From: Macrostomum lignano
Taxonomy: Eukaryota
Direction of reading: 5' to 3'
NCBI GenBank assembly: GCA_002269645.1
Contig: NIVC01000957.1
Location: 334,514 to 398,513 of the forward strand
DNA length: 64,000 bases
The notes below the pieces were generated by a model that had not been told where the DNA came from, ran no database searches, and saw nothing but the letters and a program-made list of their open reading frames with translations. This document shows, one piece after another, positions 1 to 10,750 of the stretch. The stretch's first letter is position 1. Every line of letters begins with the position of its first letter. Position numbers and translations under genes: made by a program.

Positions 1-32
1 GGGACGATTGGAGAAGCCCCAGTTTGAATGTT

Positions 33-445
33 TTATCGGCTTGATGATGCCGAAAACAGCCTGATCACGCAGTCTCTCCTGCAGCGTACTGCCGAAGTTG
101 CAGTGCAGAGTGGCTGCTCTGAGCCCAGCCACGAAAGTAGCAAAGTCTTCTTCCGGCAGCTGCAACCTTTGCTATAAAATGAACCGAGCCGCAATTTCGG
201 ATGGATTAGGGGAATAATGATCCTGCAGGACTTTCTAGAGGTCGTCATAAGACTTGTCAGCCACCTTTTCTGTGGCGAAGGTTTTGGTAGTACTGTGTAT
301 GCTTCTTCACCTATGGCGGTGCTGAATGTGGCCACCTTGACAGTCCCCCGAAATCTTAGCACATACCAAATACTGCTCCAGCCTCTCCACGTAGACATCG
401 AAGTCGGAGTCCTTCGACAGTTCCGGAATGCCGCTAAAAGCTGAA
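33..445 (-). pseudogene. Degenerate Ty3/Gypsy (Mag-like) gag N-terminus, frameshifted; element continues beyond left window edge
   Basis: Split translation FSGIPELSKDSDFDVYVERLEQYLVCAKIS / KVATFSTAIGEEAYTVL closely resembles the gag start of the intact element at 14677 (TGRIPELSANSDIEVYLERLEQYFICKEV..KVATLVTAIGEDAYKVL). Confidence 0.8.
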
Positions 446-671
446 CTCGTCGCTATTGTAATGACTTGAGAACGAAGTCTTTGATTCTTGCACTGGGAAA
501 TGCATAGCTCCCGAGTGGTAGACAAATAAAGAGATTGGTGACTCTTGTGACTTGGTGACTCTGGAGAAGAGAGACAGAAAAGAGACCGGGCCGTGGCGTG
601 GCGTCCAGTTTTGCTATATATTTGGGGGCTCCTGGGCACCATATAGCCAGGTGTGCTGCAGTGGCACGACA
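446..671 (-). mobile_element. Mutated PBS (446-455, TAGCGACGAG on minus) and probable 5' LTR (457-~671) of the Gypsy remnant
   Basis: PBS differs by 1 nt from TGGCGACGAG of the intact element; adjacent segment has TGT...ACA termini and TATATA on minus near 616-621; partner LTR not in window. Confidence 0.6.
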
Positions 672-731
672 CATACGCGTATGAAAGGTCCATAGGCATA
701 GCATGGGGAAGTGTTTAGAAGGGGGGACAAG

Positions 732-2077
732 TCAATGAGGGGGGACAAACGGAGTGCAAAAAATAGTCAATGGGAGCGGCAAACCCTTGGCCATCACAAG
801 AACCAGCGGCACTGCGCCAAGAGTAAACCAGGGCAGGTTGCACAGAATCCAACCCGTGGTGCGCAATGAGCTGCCAGCAATAGTCAAGCTTCTATTGACG
901 CTTTGAGTAACAGACAAGCTTCTGTTGACGCTTTGAGTAACAGACAAGCTTCTGTTGACGCTTTGAGTAACAGACAAGCTTCTATTGACGCTTTGAGTAA
1001 CAGACAAGCTTCTGTTGACGCTTTGAGTAACAGACAAGCTTCTGTTGACGCTTTGAGTATCAGACAGACTTCTGTTGACGCTTTGGGTAACAGAAGCTTC
1101 TGTTGACGCTTTGAGTAGCAGACAAGCTTCTGTTGACGCTTTGAGTAACAGGCAGACTTCTGTTGACGCTTTGAGTAGCAGACAAGCTTCTGTTGACGCT
1201 TTGAGTAACAGAAGCTTCTGTTGACGCTTTGAGTAGCAGACAAGCTTCTGTTGACGCTTTGAGTAACAGACAAGATTCTTTTGACGCTTGTAACAGAACC
1301 TGCCTTTCTGAACCACGGAAAGTCCGAACAACGGGGCTCGGCTCACTGAAAAGATCGAAGCAGTCGTCCTGGAGTGAGCAACTTTTTGGCCCCATGCAGA
1401 TGCTCGCGAGCGGTTTCGAGCACCAGGTGTTCTCGTAGCGATTTCACAAGTCCATTTGCATGGTATTGTTGACAGTATCATTGAACTTGGCGTACGTTGA
1501 CACCGTGATGTTGATGTGGTTTTCCTGTCCGCTTACCCTCGCGTCCTCCCAATAGAAGATGACATAGTACAGGTACTTCATGTACAGGATCGCCGAGTAG
1601 GTGTGAGAAGTGTCTGACAAGTCGTACATCTGATTATTGTCGACTTCCTTTGGGATCTCGCTGGTTTCCGTGTTCACAATGTGAAGCTTCTGGCCTGACA
1701 AAAGCTGGGTGATCTTGAGTCGCAGGTACCAAAAGTTAATCCCGCGCCTGTCTTGCGTGAGTTTGCCAAACGGCACCAGCGGAGTCTTGCAGATTGTCCG
1801 CCTCTGAGCCGCTCCAGGATCTGAGGCCGTGGTCACTTTGACGTTGCCCTCAATGGTGACCAAGTCCTGCAGGAAGTAGTGATGATCCTGCAGGAAGTAG
1901 TGATGATCGCACTGATGATTCAGCCGGTTGCCCAGGTGAATCAGTGGCCTTTCCTCGGGTTCGGGCTCGGAGCTGAAAAAACTGGCAGTGGCTGGCTTTG
2001 ATCAGAACAGAAACGATTGCCAAAGCTGTCCAGACAAAAACAACCTGACGATTGAATACGTCAGGGAGGGGTATCAT
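732..2077 (-). pseudogene. Disrupted gene for a putative secreted/membrane protein: signal peptide, ~200-aa ectodomain (possibly C-type-lectin-like), 10-aa repeat stalk, hydrophobic C-terminus
   Basis: ORFs 1850-2077, 1444-1863, 1060-1395 and 732-1481 join into one protein if a T6 run near 1977-1982, a TGA at 1444-1446 and one 28-bp repeat unit near 1090 are corrected. Confidence 0.4.
885..1295. repeat. 30-bp tandem repeat (TCTGTTGACGCTTTGAGTAACAGACAAGCT), ~13 units, two 28-bp variants
   Basis: Directly visible periodicity. Confidence 0.95.
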
Positions 2078-2639
2078 GGTTCGTCCGTTTCTCAGTCAGA
2101 GGCAACAGTCGCGCCGTTCATCTGCAGATTTTGGGGTTTTGTTGATGCTAGCAAGATCCCTTGACTCGCTTTTTTGATTGGAACGGGCTCTAAGACCCTG
2201 TGCAGCGAAGTATTTAACGATAGCTCGGACTTACGACTGGCATGGTGAACTAGCAAGCGCTTGATCTCCCGGGCCCGCGGCAGACGAGACCAAATTCTGA
2301 TCCGACCAGCAGTAGGGCGGAGGCAGCAACCGGACTCCTGGCCGCTCTGAAATTCTTTTGCAACTGAAAACCGAGGGATGGGAAGCCTGGAAGCGGAAAG
2401 GCTTTGGTCGAATTTGACAGAGTTTCCAGGGGGCCGTGCATGAGAGCAGGCCGGGAGTGCACACAGCTGCGACTGCAAAAGGGTTGGCGTTCCCTCTTCC
2501 CCACCCTTCCCTCCCTTACACAAATCCTTCCCAAATCCAGACATGTAGGTAGTAAAGCTCGTACGTGTCCAATGAAAAAGTAAAAGTTGCAAAATTGTAC
2601 ATGTAACATTTAAAATGTGCATGTAAAAAGTTGAATGTG

Positions 2640-3130
2640 GAAAAAAGCGTTCTTGAAACTTTGTATCACCCAAGGCTCACTAAAACGCTATTCTAGCCCA
2701 TCTGAAGCGTCGCTTTTTTAGGGACTAAAAATGGTTAAATTTAGCTAGGAGCCAGAAGCCAGGAGCAAACGAGCCACAAATTAAGTTAAATGATACGATG
2801 TACTTAGAGGCGCTTTTCTCCTCTACTAGAGGACGTTTCAGACTAGCTCTGTGATGCTTTCCATTCTGATCAAAGGCTTGCTTGCATCGCGATTAACTTT
2901 CTTGGAGTTCCAACATGCAGCTATCGCATGCGTCGTCCGAGCCCGACTTGTGCAGCAGCCAACCTGCAATGTGCTTACTTCTCGTCGTAATCATCTGGCA
3001 GATCGGCGAGATCCTCCGGCAACGTTTTGCCACATGATGTCTGGTCACAGCCGACCGAGCCCTCTTCACAGTCAGGTAGATGCCTGGTTGTCTGTCTCAC
3101 GGCTTGTTCAACACCGTCAGCCGATGACAT
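2640..3130 (-). pseudogene. Possible P-element/THAP9-type transposase C-terminal remnant
   Basis: Minus-strand translation HIAGWLLHKSGSDDACDSCMLEL...RASLKRP (about 2830-2973) resembles the YIAGY..K..CxxC..L...GGLxxPS motif; contains stops and frameshifts. Confidence 0.4.
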
Positions 3131-3247
3131 GCCTCTGAATGGCTTTCAGCAGCAGTCAGTTACAGATTTTGTGATTATATTAATATAGTTAGGCTGTTGA
3201 GGGCAGAAATGAGCGAAACAGACGAGGCGCGAATAACTAAATTAGTA

Positions 3248-4887
3248 TAGCTTTTTGCAGCCCATTTGGGCTTACACGCATTGAATTTAATCCAAGATAT
3301 ATTTGCTAAAGCAATTGAGCTGTTGTCTATGGTCGCAAGGTCTGACACAGAAGCATTTAATTTGATCTAATAAGCATCAATTTGGGCTATAACGGCTGTG
3401 AAACCCAATCACGAGTTACAGCTGTGTAATGCAATTTATTTCAGGAAACGTCACTGTACCAGCACCAGGAAACGTAAAAAATGGAAATCTGATCAGCTCT
3501 AACAAGAACAAAAAGAGCATTTTAGCATGGTCAAGACTCCGCTGAGGAAGATGAAAAGCGTGTTCAATTGACATTTTCTCCTGCAATGCAAGCTGGCACG
3601 AAGCGCAGCATCTGCCGGTACCAACCTGCACACTTTAAAGGTGTGATAGCGGCTGTAGCGGCCTCGGCAATGCGGTGAAGTACAAGTACTCTCCATTGAC
3701 CAAGGGTGGTATCAGGAGGCGGCTGATCAAGCTCTCGTTGGGTGGCCGGGTCACTGAGCTCCTGTTTGATTACAGCCTTCAGGCAGGAATGGGCTGCCTC
3801 GACAGGATTCAGAAACGGAGAGTATGGTGGCAACTGGATGAGTTGGATCCTGTCCTGATATACTTCCGGAATCCGGGCTCCATTATGAAACCGCGCACCA
3901 TCCATAATGATGCGAACCTGTTGTTGGGCATCCAGTCCATGAACTTCGAGTAGAGACTGCACCAGTTCATTGATGCACTGCTGAAACAGATCTCCGGTCA
4001 TAGTCTGGCTCACAACTTTGTGGTAGACAAGTCCAATGGATGGTGAAATCGCTTGCAGTACATTCACTTGATGGCCTCGCTGAGAATGAACGGTGCGCCA
4101 TACACGCTGACCGCGGCAACCACGACCTTGCGTCCTCCGAATCCAAATGTTGAATCCAGTCTCGTCCAGATACATTAGATGAACCTCAGGATCAAGAGCC
4201 GTTAGCCATTCGGCAAACTCCCGCCTTCTCGCAACCGTCTGCGGGCTGTTGCGTACCACTGGAATGTCTGCGTCTCTACCAAGAATTTTCAGTGTTATCA
4301 GTCGCTTTTCCAGAGCTCTGCTGATAGTCGAAATGCTGACAACCAAGTGAAACTGTTCGTTCAACTTCTGCTTCATTTGCTGCAACGTCAACAGAGGGTT
4401 TGTCTCAATTGCATCAAGTAGCAGTTGGACCTGAGGCTCTTGCAACTTGCTTTGGCGATTGCCGCCCCTTCGTAGACGATCTCTTCTGCCAGTGGTTTCA
4501 ACGCGCTGACGGATGCTGTACACTGTCTTTTCTTTGACGTTCAGCATCCTTTCAATGTCTTTTGGGTGCTCACCTCTGTCGAGTGCTTCGATCACAAGCC
4601 CATGGCGTTCGTTCGACAGTCTAGCATACGGTCCACGATTCTGAGGCAGATCTTGCTCCTCCTCCGCAGTAGCAAATGAAGCATTGCTTCCATCATCACT
4701 GCTTGTATCGGTCATGGGTTGAAACTATAGAGCCGCTATGGACCAAATTGATGCTTACGAGCTATTAGACCAAATTAAATGCTTCTGTGTCAGTCCTTGC
4801 GACCATAGACAACAGATCAATTACTTTGGCAAATATATCTTGGATTAAATTCTATGCGTGTAAGCCCAAATGGGCTGCAAAAAGCTA
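3248..4887 (-). mobile_element. IS630/Tc1/mariner-superfamily DNA transposon, ~150-bp imperfect TIRs, TA target duplication
   Basis: TIRs ~3248-3397 and ~4732-4887 (TAGCTTTTTGCAGCCCATTTGGGCTTACACGCA...); flanking TA at 3246-3247 and 4888-4889; intact transposase inside. Confidence 0.93.
3564..4715 (-). CDS. DDE transposase (383 aa), N-terminal HTH plus DD33E catalytic domain
   Basis: Motifs YLDETGFN, IIMDGARFH, LPPYSPFLNPVE; HTH-like PKDIERMLNVKEKTVYSIRQR. Confidence 0.95.
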   Translation of the reverse strand: MTDTSSDDGSNASFATAEEEQDLPQNRGPYARLSNERHGLVIEALDRGEHPKDIERMLNVKEKTVYSIRQRVETTGRRDRLRRGGNRQSKLQEPQVQLLLDAIETNPLLTLQQMKQKLNEQFHLVVSISTISRALEKRLITLKILGRDADIPVVRNSPQTVARRREFAEWLTALDPEVHLMYLDETGFNIWIRRTQGRGCRGQRVWRTVHSQRGHQVNVLQAISPSIGLVYHKVVSQTMTGDLFQQCINELVQSLLEVHGLDAQQQVRIIMDGARFHNGARIPEVYQDRIQLIQLPPYSPFLNPVEAAHSCLKAVIKQELSDPATQRELDQPPPDTTLGQWRVLVLHRIAEAATAAITPLKCAGWYRQMLRFVPACIAGENVN

Positions 4888-4889
4888 TA

Positions 4890-6830
4890 TTGTAGCCAAT
4901 CTAAGCCTGCCAACGCAGCGGGCGAGAAATACCATTTCACGCCCGCTGAATCCATTCTATGGTCCAATTCCATTTGAAGTAAGCTATTGGCTTCATTTCT
5001 CACCCGCTTCTTCTTCACTTGTCTATGGCCTAAGCACTCGAGACCTGTCATATTAAGTCATGTTGAAGTCATGTTAGAAAGAAAAATCCATCGTGTTTTT
5101 ATTCATTTACTGTTTGTCGAATATGCTGCGTTATTCTTCAATACGCGAAGACGAAATTAGTGGATTGAGCTCAGATGAGCTCGATTTCATCACGCATCTC
5201 GATCCTCGGGACCATGTCGACAGAATTGGTCAATGGACAGGGCTGACGGATGAGCAAGAGAGGCTAATTGATGAGGAACTACGCAATCCTACGCCGGAAA
5301 ATCAGGTTGGAAACCTGCTTCGTGAATTGACCGAAGAAGAAGAAGCTGGCCTACATCATGTGGAGCAAGAAAGTAAACGGAAGTCGACGGTTAAGCAAAC
5401 TGAATTGCATATTCGCAAACTAAAAGAGTTTCTACGCGTGGAGAATTTACCTGATCACATCGAGAATATGCCAGTGAGGTATCTCAACTCCTATCTACGC
5501 CTGTTCTTCGTTCAGTTAAAAACAGCTGATGGAAAGCCATATGCTGTAAGTACACTGACGTGTTTTCGCGCGTCTGTGCACCGGTATTTATTAGAGAAGC
5601 GAAATCTGAAGCTGATTGGCAACGATGCGTTCTTATCGTTTGATCGAACGTACAAGGCTATGTTGGTCAAATCGCTTCAGCAAAAAAGGCTGTAGGCAGC
5701 GGTCCAAAGTACTGTCCAATTGACGACGAAGATTTCAACCGCCTACGCCTCTATTTCGATCGTTCGACGCCAACTCGATTGCAATTTGAAGTTCTGTTCA
5801 AGATTGTTTATGGCTTTGATTTTCGCGGCAGGGAGTGGCTACGAGAGTTGACTAAGGCCGATGTGAAAATTTACTAGCATGACGGTGTTCGCTATGTGGA
5901 CCTGCTGAAGACATCTATCGAAAAAACTGTGTCTGATAGTAATCCGTCGACATCTAAGAGCATTATCTTAGCCGAGACACCGGATTATCCGGGCACATGT
6001 CCTGTACGGGCGATTGAGTTGTATCTGTCGGTCATTCCAGCAGATGTTGCCTGTCTCTGGCCCAAGCCTTTGAATCAAGCCGACAAAGACGGTATGTGGT
6101 ACCACAAGACCCTGGTGCTTGGCAAGAATTGGTTGAACGATTTTATGAAAAAACTGTGCGATCAGGCTGGTCTGAGTTGCCGTTCCCACACAAACATTGC
6201 ATTCGAGCGTCAGTAGTGTCAAACCTTATCGAAGATGAAGTCAGTAGATCAGACATTCAAGTCGTAACCGGCCACAAAAGAATCGAGAGTGTGGAACTCT
6301 ACAACAAGAGAATGAAGTTCTCGAAGAAGGTAGATCTATCAAACACTATTAGTCGTCGACTGGCTGTTCCAGGCCGGTCTGAAACAAGCTTTACCGCATC
6401 GAACACGTCGGTTGTATCGACTGGAGACGTAATCGAGAGATCGGCTACCGACTGCTCGACTAGCTCTGTTGTGCCGACTACGAACTCATTCACGAGATCT
6501 GCTACCAACTACTCTATTGCAGTCGGCAGTTCCCAGAGTGCAAGCTCACTGTTTGGAAATTGCAAGTTTGAAAATTGTACGTTTAACTTTAATCAATCAA
6601 ACTAAGGTCAGGAGGTATACCGCGTGAGCAATCTAAAGACTGTCAATGGACTATATATCTAATGTTTATCTCATGTTAATGTTAATGTCTCATGTTAATG
6701 CTAATATTAGTTGAAAATATACACATAGTTTCTTTGTGCCCACTTGGGGCCATAGACAACTTTTGCTGGCGGGCAGACATCGTTGCTTTCACCCTCGTTT
6801 CGGCAGGCTTAGGACTGCTACAATTACCTA
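4890..6830 (+). mobile_element. Crypton-like tyrosine-recombinase element with imperfect subterminal inverted repeats
   Basis: 4890-4975 aligns to the reverse complement of 6745-6825 (TTGTAGC..CTAAGCCTGCC..GCCCGC..CTATGG); YR pseudogene lies between. Confidence 0.6.
5123..6605 (+). pseudogene. Tyrosine recombinase (Crypton/DUF3504-like) pseudogene, three lesions
   Basis: Reconstructed FRGRE (catalytic R), TNHCIRAS (HxxR, broken by a 1-bp deletion near 6195), TGHK (H), VELY (Y) and C-terminal FGNCKFENCTFNF; frameshift near 5690 and TAG near 5875. Confidence 0.85.
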
Positions 6831-9630
6831 TTAGCCTATGCACCTATGAGTACGACTTGACTAGACAGAATTCAGACCTCAGCCCGTTGCTCACACACAC
6901 AGTCTGCTGTTTATGGCTTATACGCAAGCTATCTGAGACTAAGCTGTGTGTTGAGATTTGCTTCTGCTTAAAACGGACTTCGATGCTCGCTACGGTTACT
7001 CAAATTCCTTCATCGGGAAAGTAGTCTATGCGCGTATCTATTTCGGCGCAGTTTTCACCCTAAAAACTAGCCGATTGAACATTCTGTGTAAATTTTGTGA
7101 TAGATAGCGCGGTCTCCCTCAGCACAAGTCTGAGTTTTATTTGACTTCACTACGCTCGCAAAATATCAGTTGCTCATTCGCTTTTAAGTCGCATCAGCGG
7201 AGCTCTCTGATGCCGTCGCTGGCACGGGCAGCTGAGGGTTTTTTGCACCCGTTTCATCTTATTTAGCTGCGGATGCTGGAGCGGAGTCTCGCGATGAAGC
7301 GACTGAATAATGGGCTGAAGCTCGGCGCTCACAGTCTGCACAGCTTGCTCCAGTTGCTGAGCAGCCTGTTGAGATCGCTATTGCGGCTGCACTGCGACTG
7401 TCTGGGCGGCTGCAGCTTGAGCAACGTTCCCGCGGGCTGGAGCTGCTGCTACGGACACGGCCAGGCTGGCTACATCCTGTGGAACTTCTTCTTGACCGCT
7501 GCATGAGCAGCAGCAGCAGCAGCAGTCGATATGGCTTTTCAGAACAATGACCAATATAACTATCTCTATGGCTGTCTTCTTTTACCAGTTCAGAAGAACT
7601 ACCAACAGTTTCCACCAATCGGCCAGAAATAAACTCTCTGCACTTGCTGAGAAACAATCTGGAGAAATCTTGAAAAAGACGCTGGCTAAGCGCCAAAACT
7701 GCTGTCTTTGCGGCGTGAGTGCGGAACTCCTGTAGAGATTAGGATTACGCTCTTTAAAGACTTTGCTGCTCAAAGATAATTTTCGTTGAGAACGACTCGA
7801 GACAGTGCTACACTTTACGATCACTCAATAAAAAAGTCGATCTGATAATTGTAAGCGATACTGATTTGGAGTGGAGTCCATGGCATTTTCAGAAGCGAAT
7901 TTCATCTCATTTGATTGATTGAGAAGACTTTAGAGACCTCCTGCTTCTCCTCTGAGGTCTCTTTGTTGCGTTTTCCCTCGGGAAATCAGTTGAAATTGAT
8001 GCTTTTAAAAATAAGCAGTCGGAGACGATTCGCCAACAGAGTTCAATTTCTGAATTTAAGGGGCAAAGTGGACTTTAGTTGCAGTGTTTGTTTTTGTCTT
8101 GGGGGCCAAAGCAGTGCGGACAGCTCAACGTCTAACAGCATCTTACAATGGGTATTTAAGAAATTTGTGAGGCAAGGACGATGTAGTGTGAGCATCTTTT
8201 GCGTGTATTTTGTTAGTTGGTTGATTGTGTTGGGTTCTATATTGTTATTGAATTATTATTTTGCTTTAGTTTAGTCACACTTTTTTAATGTACTTTTCTT
8301 GTTAGTTAGAATCTAAAATTGTAAACAGGTTAGAAGTCAGACGCAAATCTGTGACTCAGCGGAGGGTTGAGTTTTCTGCGAACCCCAGCTTTGCGCGGCC
8401 AGCCAATCAGAACCGGCCAGGACCCTGGCACGCGGCAAGTTCCAGTTCTACCCGGCGCCGCGGGCACAGTGCAATTCAGCTTAGCAAGCGGCCGGCCAGA
8501 CAACCACCACCCGGCTTGAGGGGGGGTTTTTGAGGGGTTTGACTCTGACTATATATGAAAGTGTGTTTGGCAATCAGATCTCACCTTTTCCTTTTCTTTT
8601 TCCTTCTCCTTCTTTCCCGGTCCTCGGTTTTGTTCAGCTTCCCGGCCGGTGGCCTGTTTCCCTTTTTGGTTCGCGCTTTGAGGCGTTTTGATTTCGTCAC
8701 CCCGGTCCATACTTTGTTCCCTTGCCCAACCGCTTCAGCCTTGTGGCGTAACGTCTACGGCAAATCCTTGTCTGAAGTCGTCGCTGTCAAGCGCGGTTAG
8801 TTAGAGACTGTCGGATCTGATCAAGTACGCGGCCTCGACCCCGAGGGCCTCAGTGTCACACTGAAGGGCAGTGCCGATAGAACTTAGTCGGTACTCCGTT
8901 GAACGGTCGGTTCGGCAGGGCTCTCGTTCGAGTGTAGGTTCTGGTTTAGGCCAGGGGTTAGGAGTCTTCTCCGTGGTCGTGTTCGGTTCTTCTTTCTTTT
9001 CCTCAGTTGAGATCTGCTTGCCAGTTGCGAAATCTAATTATTATTATTAACCGTTATCGTCGTTCTGTCAAGTCTAATCATCTGCGCCGCGAATTGCTTA
9101 GAATCTTGTAACTATTGAATGTGTCAAATTAAACCGTCAAGTCAATTGCTTATTAGCTATTCTAATAGGATTATCACTCTCTAAATCTATTCGGTTCGTG
9201 TTCCCTCGTGTTCCTTCTTTTCTTGTACTGTACCTGTGACTATTGGAGAAAGACTGGTAGGACTCGCCAACCGGCGATAGGCAATTAGGGCCAATAGCTT
9301 TAAAATCTCCGAACGCTCCAAAAATAGGTTTGTCTAGGGCCTAAATAATTGCTTACCGTGCATGCTATTTATCTAATTGCCTTTTTATCACAACGATTTG
9401 AGAAGTCCCGTCTGTGCTGTTTTGAATTTTGTCCGTGCATTAATTCTTACTGCTCTGGGATAATTTCTAGCATTGCTTGTGAATGCTATGAGTACAGCTC
9501 AACTGCTGTGTTCACTGGCTGTTTACACAGACACGCTGAATTGAGCTTTGATCCCAGATAATTGGCTCCTGTTGCACTCTGGGCTATCAATGCTGCTCTA
9601 AAGCATATCGTGGAAATTTCCACTGCGGAG

Positions 9631-9860
9631 TGACTGACTGACTGACTGACTGACTGACTGACTGACTGACTGACTGACTGACTGACTGACTGACTGACTG
9701 ACTGACTGACTGACTGACTGACTGACTGACTGACTGACTGACTGACTGACTGACTGACTGACTGACTGACTGACTGACTGACTGACTGACTGACTGACTG
9801 ACTGACTGACTGACTGACTGACTGACTGACTGACTGACTGACTGACTGACTGACTGACTG
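9631..9860. repeat. (TGAC)n microsatellite
   Basis: Pure tetranucleotide run. Confidence 0.99.
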
Positions 9861-10132
9861 TCTCCTGCCCCAGTTCAACCAGTCTGCTCCAGAAGAGTGC
9901 CTCAGTCGGAAACCGATTGGTCCGGACTGCTCAGCGGGGGGTGGGCTGGGGTGGCCGAGGGGGTATAGGCCGGACTCATTCAGAAGCCATCAGTGGAGAA
10001 TCGGTTCTCGCCAGGCGCTTCCGTTTTTTAGCAAAACTGCAGACCGGCGAAGGCGTGCTGATTAACAACTGACAATGTGAGTCACGTGCTCATGCTTTCA
10101 CATTTACCATGTCACCCGTGTCAGTTGCACTC

Positions 10133-10406
10133 TCATGGATTGTGAATATGGCATCCAGTGTCAGTGACAGGTGAGTGTCATGGACTGTGAATGTGGCATC
10201 CAGTGTCAGTGACAGGTGAGTGTCATGGACTGTGAATGTGGCATCCAGTGTCAGTGACAGGTGAGTGTCACGGGCTGTGAATGTGGCATCCAGTGTCAGT
10301 GACAGGTGAGTGTCATGGACTGTGAATGTGGCATCCAGTGTCAGTGACAGGTGAGTGTCATGGACTGTGAATGTGGCATCCAGTGTCAGTGACAGGTGAG
10401 TGTCAT
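10133..10406 (+). repeat. 45-bp minisatellite, left part; each unit carries CAG|GTGAGT
   Basis: Unit GGCATCCAGTGTCAGTGACAGGTGAGTGTCATGGACTGTGAATGT; interrupted by the Gypsy insertion. Confidence 0.95.
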
Positions 10407-10678
10407 TGTGAAGTTATGAGCCGAGTACGCAAACGAGACGAGTATTTGCAAATTGGAAGTGGAAAAACACACGCGAAATCTTATGCGCGGTGTCGCAGTA
10501 TTTATTAAATTGAATTCACTTAGTCAGCATAAATTACTAGATTGAGATTAGGGGTGGGTGACGCGCTGGCCAACAAAGAGAGAGAACTAGAACTAAAACT
10601 CAAATAACAAATAATAATAATCTAACTGAGTGAACTATTAAGTGGCCAATGCCATACGTATAACTAAGCTATCTGACA
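10407..10678 (-). repeat. 3' LTR (272 bp)
   Basis: Matches the 5' LTR except 3 indels (5, 1, 51 bp) and about 4 substitutions; AATAAA on minus near 10500. Confidence 0.97.
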
Positions 10679-10750
10679 TCTCCCCCCCCCTAAAGTTCGA
10701 AACATTCCTAGCAAAGTTCGTTCGAAGTCAGAGTCAGTTCAAATTCAGGA

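Noticed and set aside
3248-6830. Fanzor/TnpB cargo associated with the IS630 or Crypton elements
   Set aside because: No RuvC or zinc-finger motifs and no room for an extra ORF inside either element
7259-7824. Minus-strand reading with a hydrophobic stretch followed by a Cys string (VILVIVLKSHIDCCCCCCSC), like a viral envelope tail
   Set aside because: The Cys run is a (CAG)6 microsatellite, the frame has several stops and no upstream ectodomain could be reconstructed
8320-9527. Possible solo LTR (TGTAAACAG...CTGTTTACA or TGTGAC...TCACA, with CCAAT and TATATA)
   Set aside because: No target-site duplication at any tested boundary and no second copy in the window
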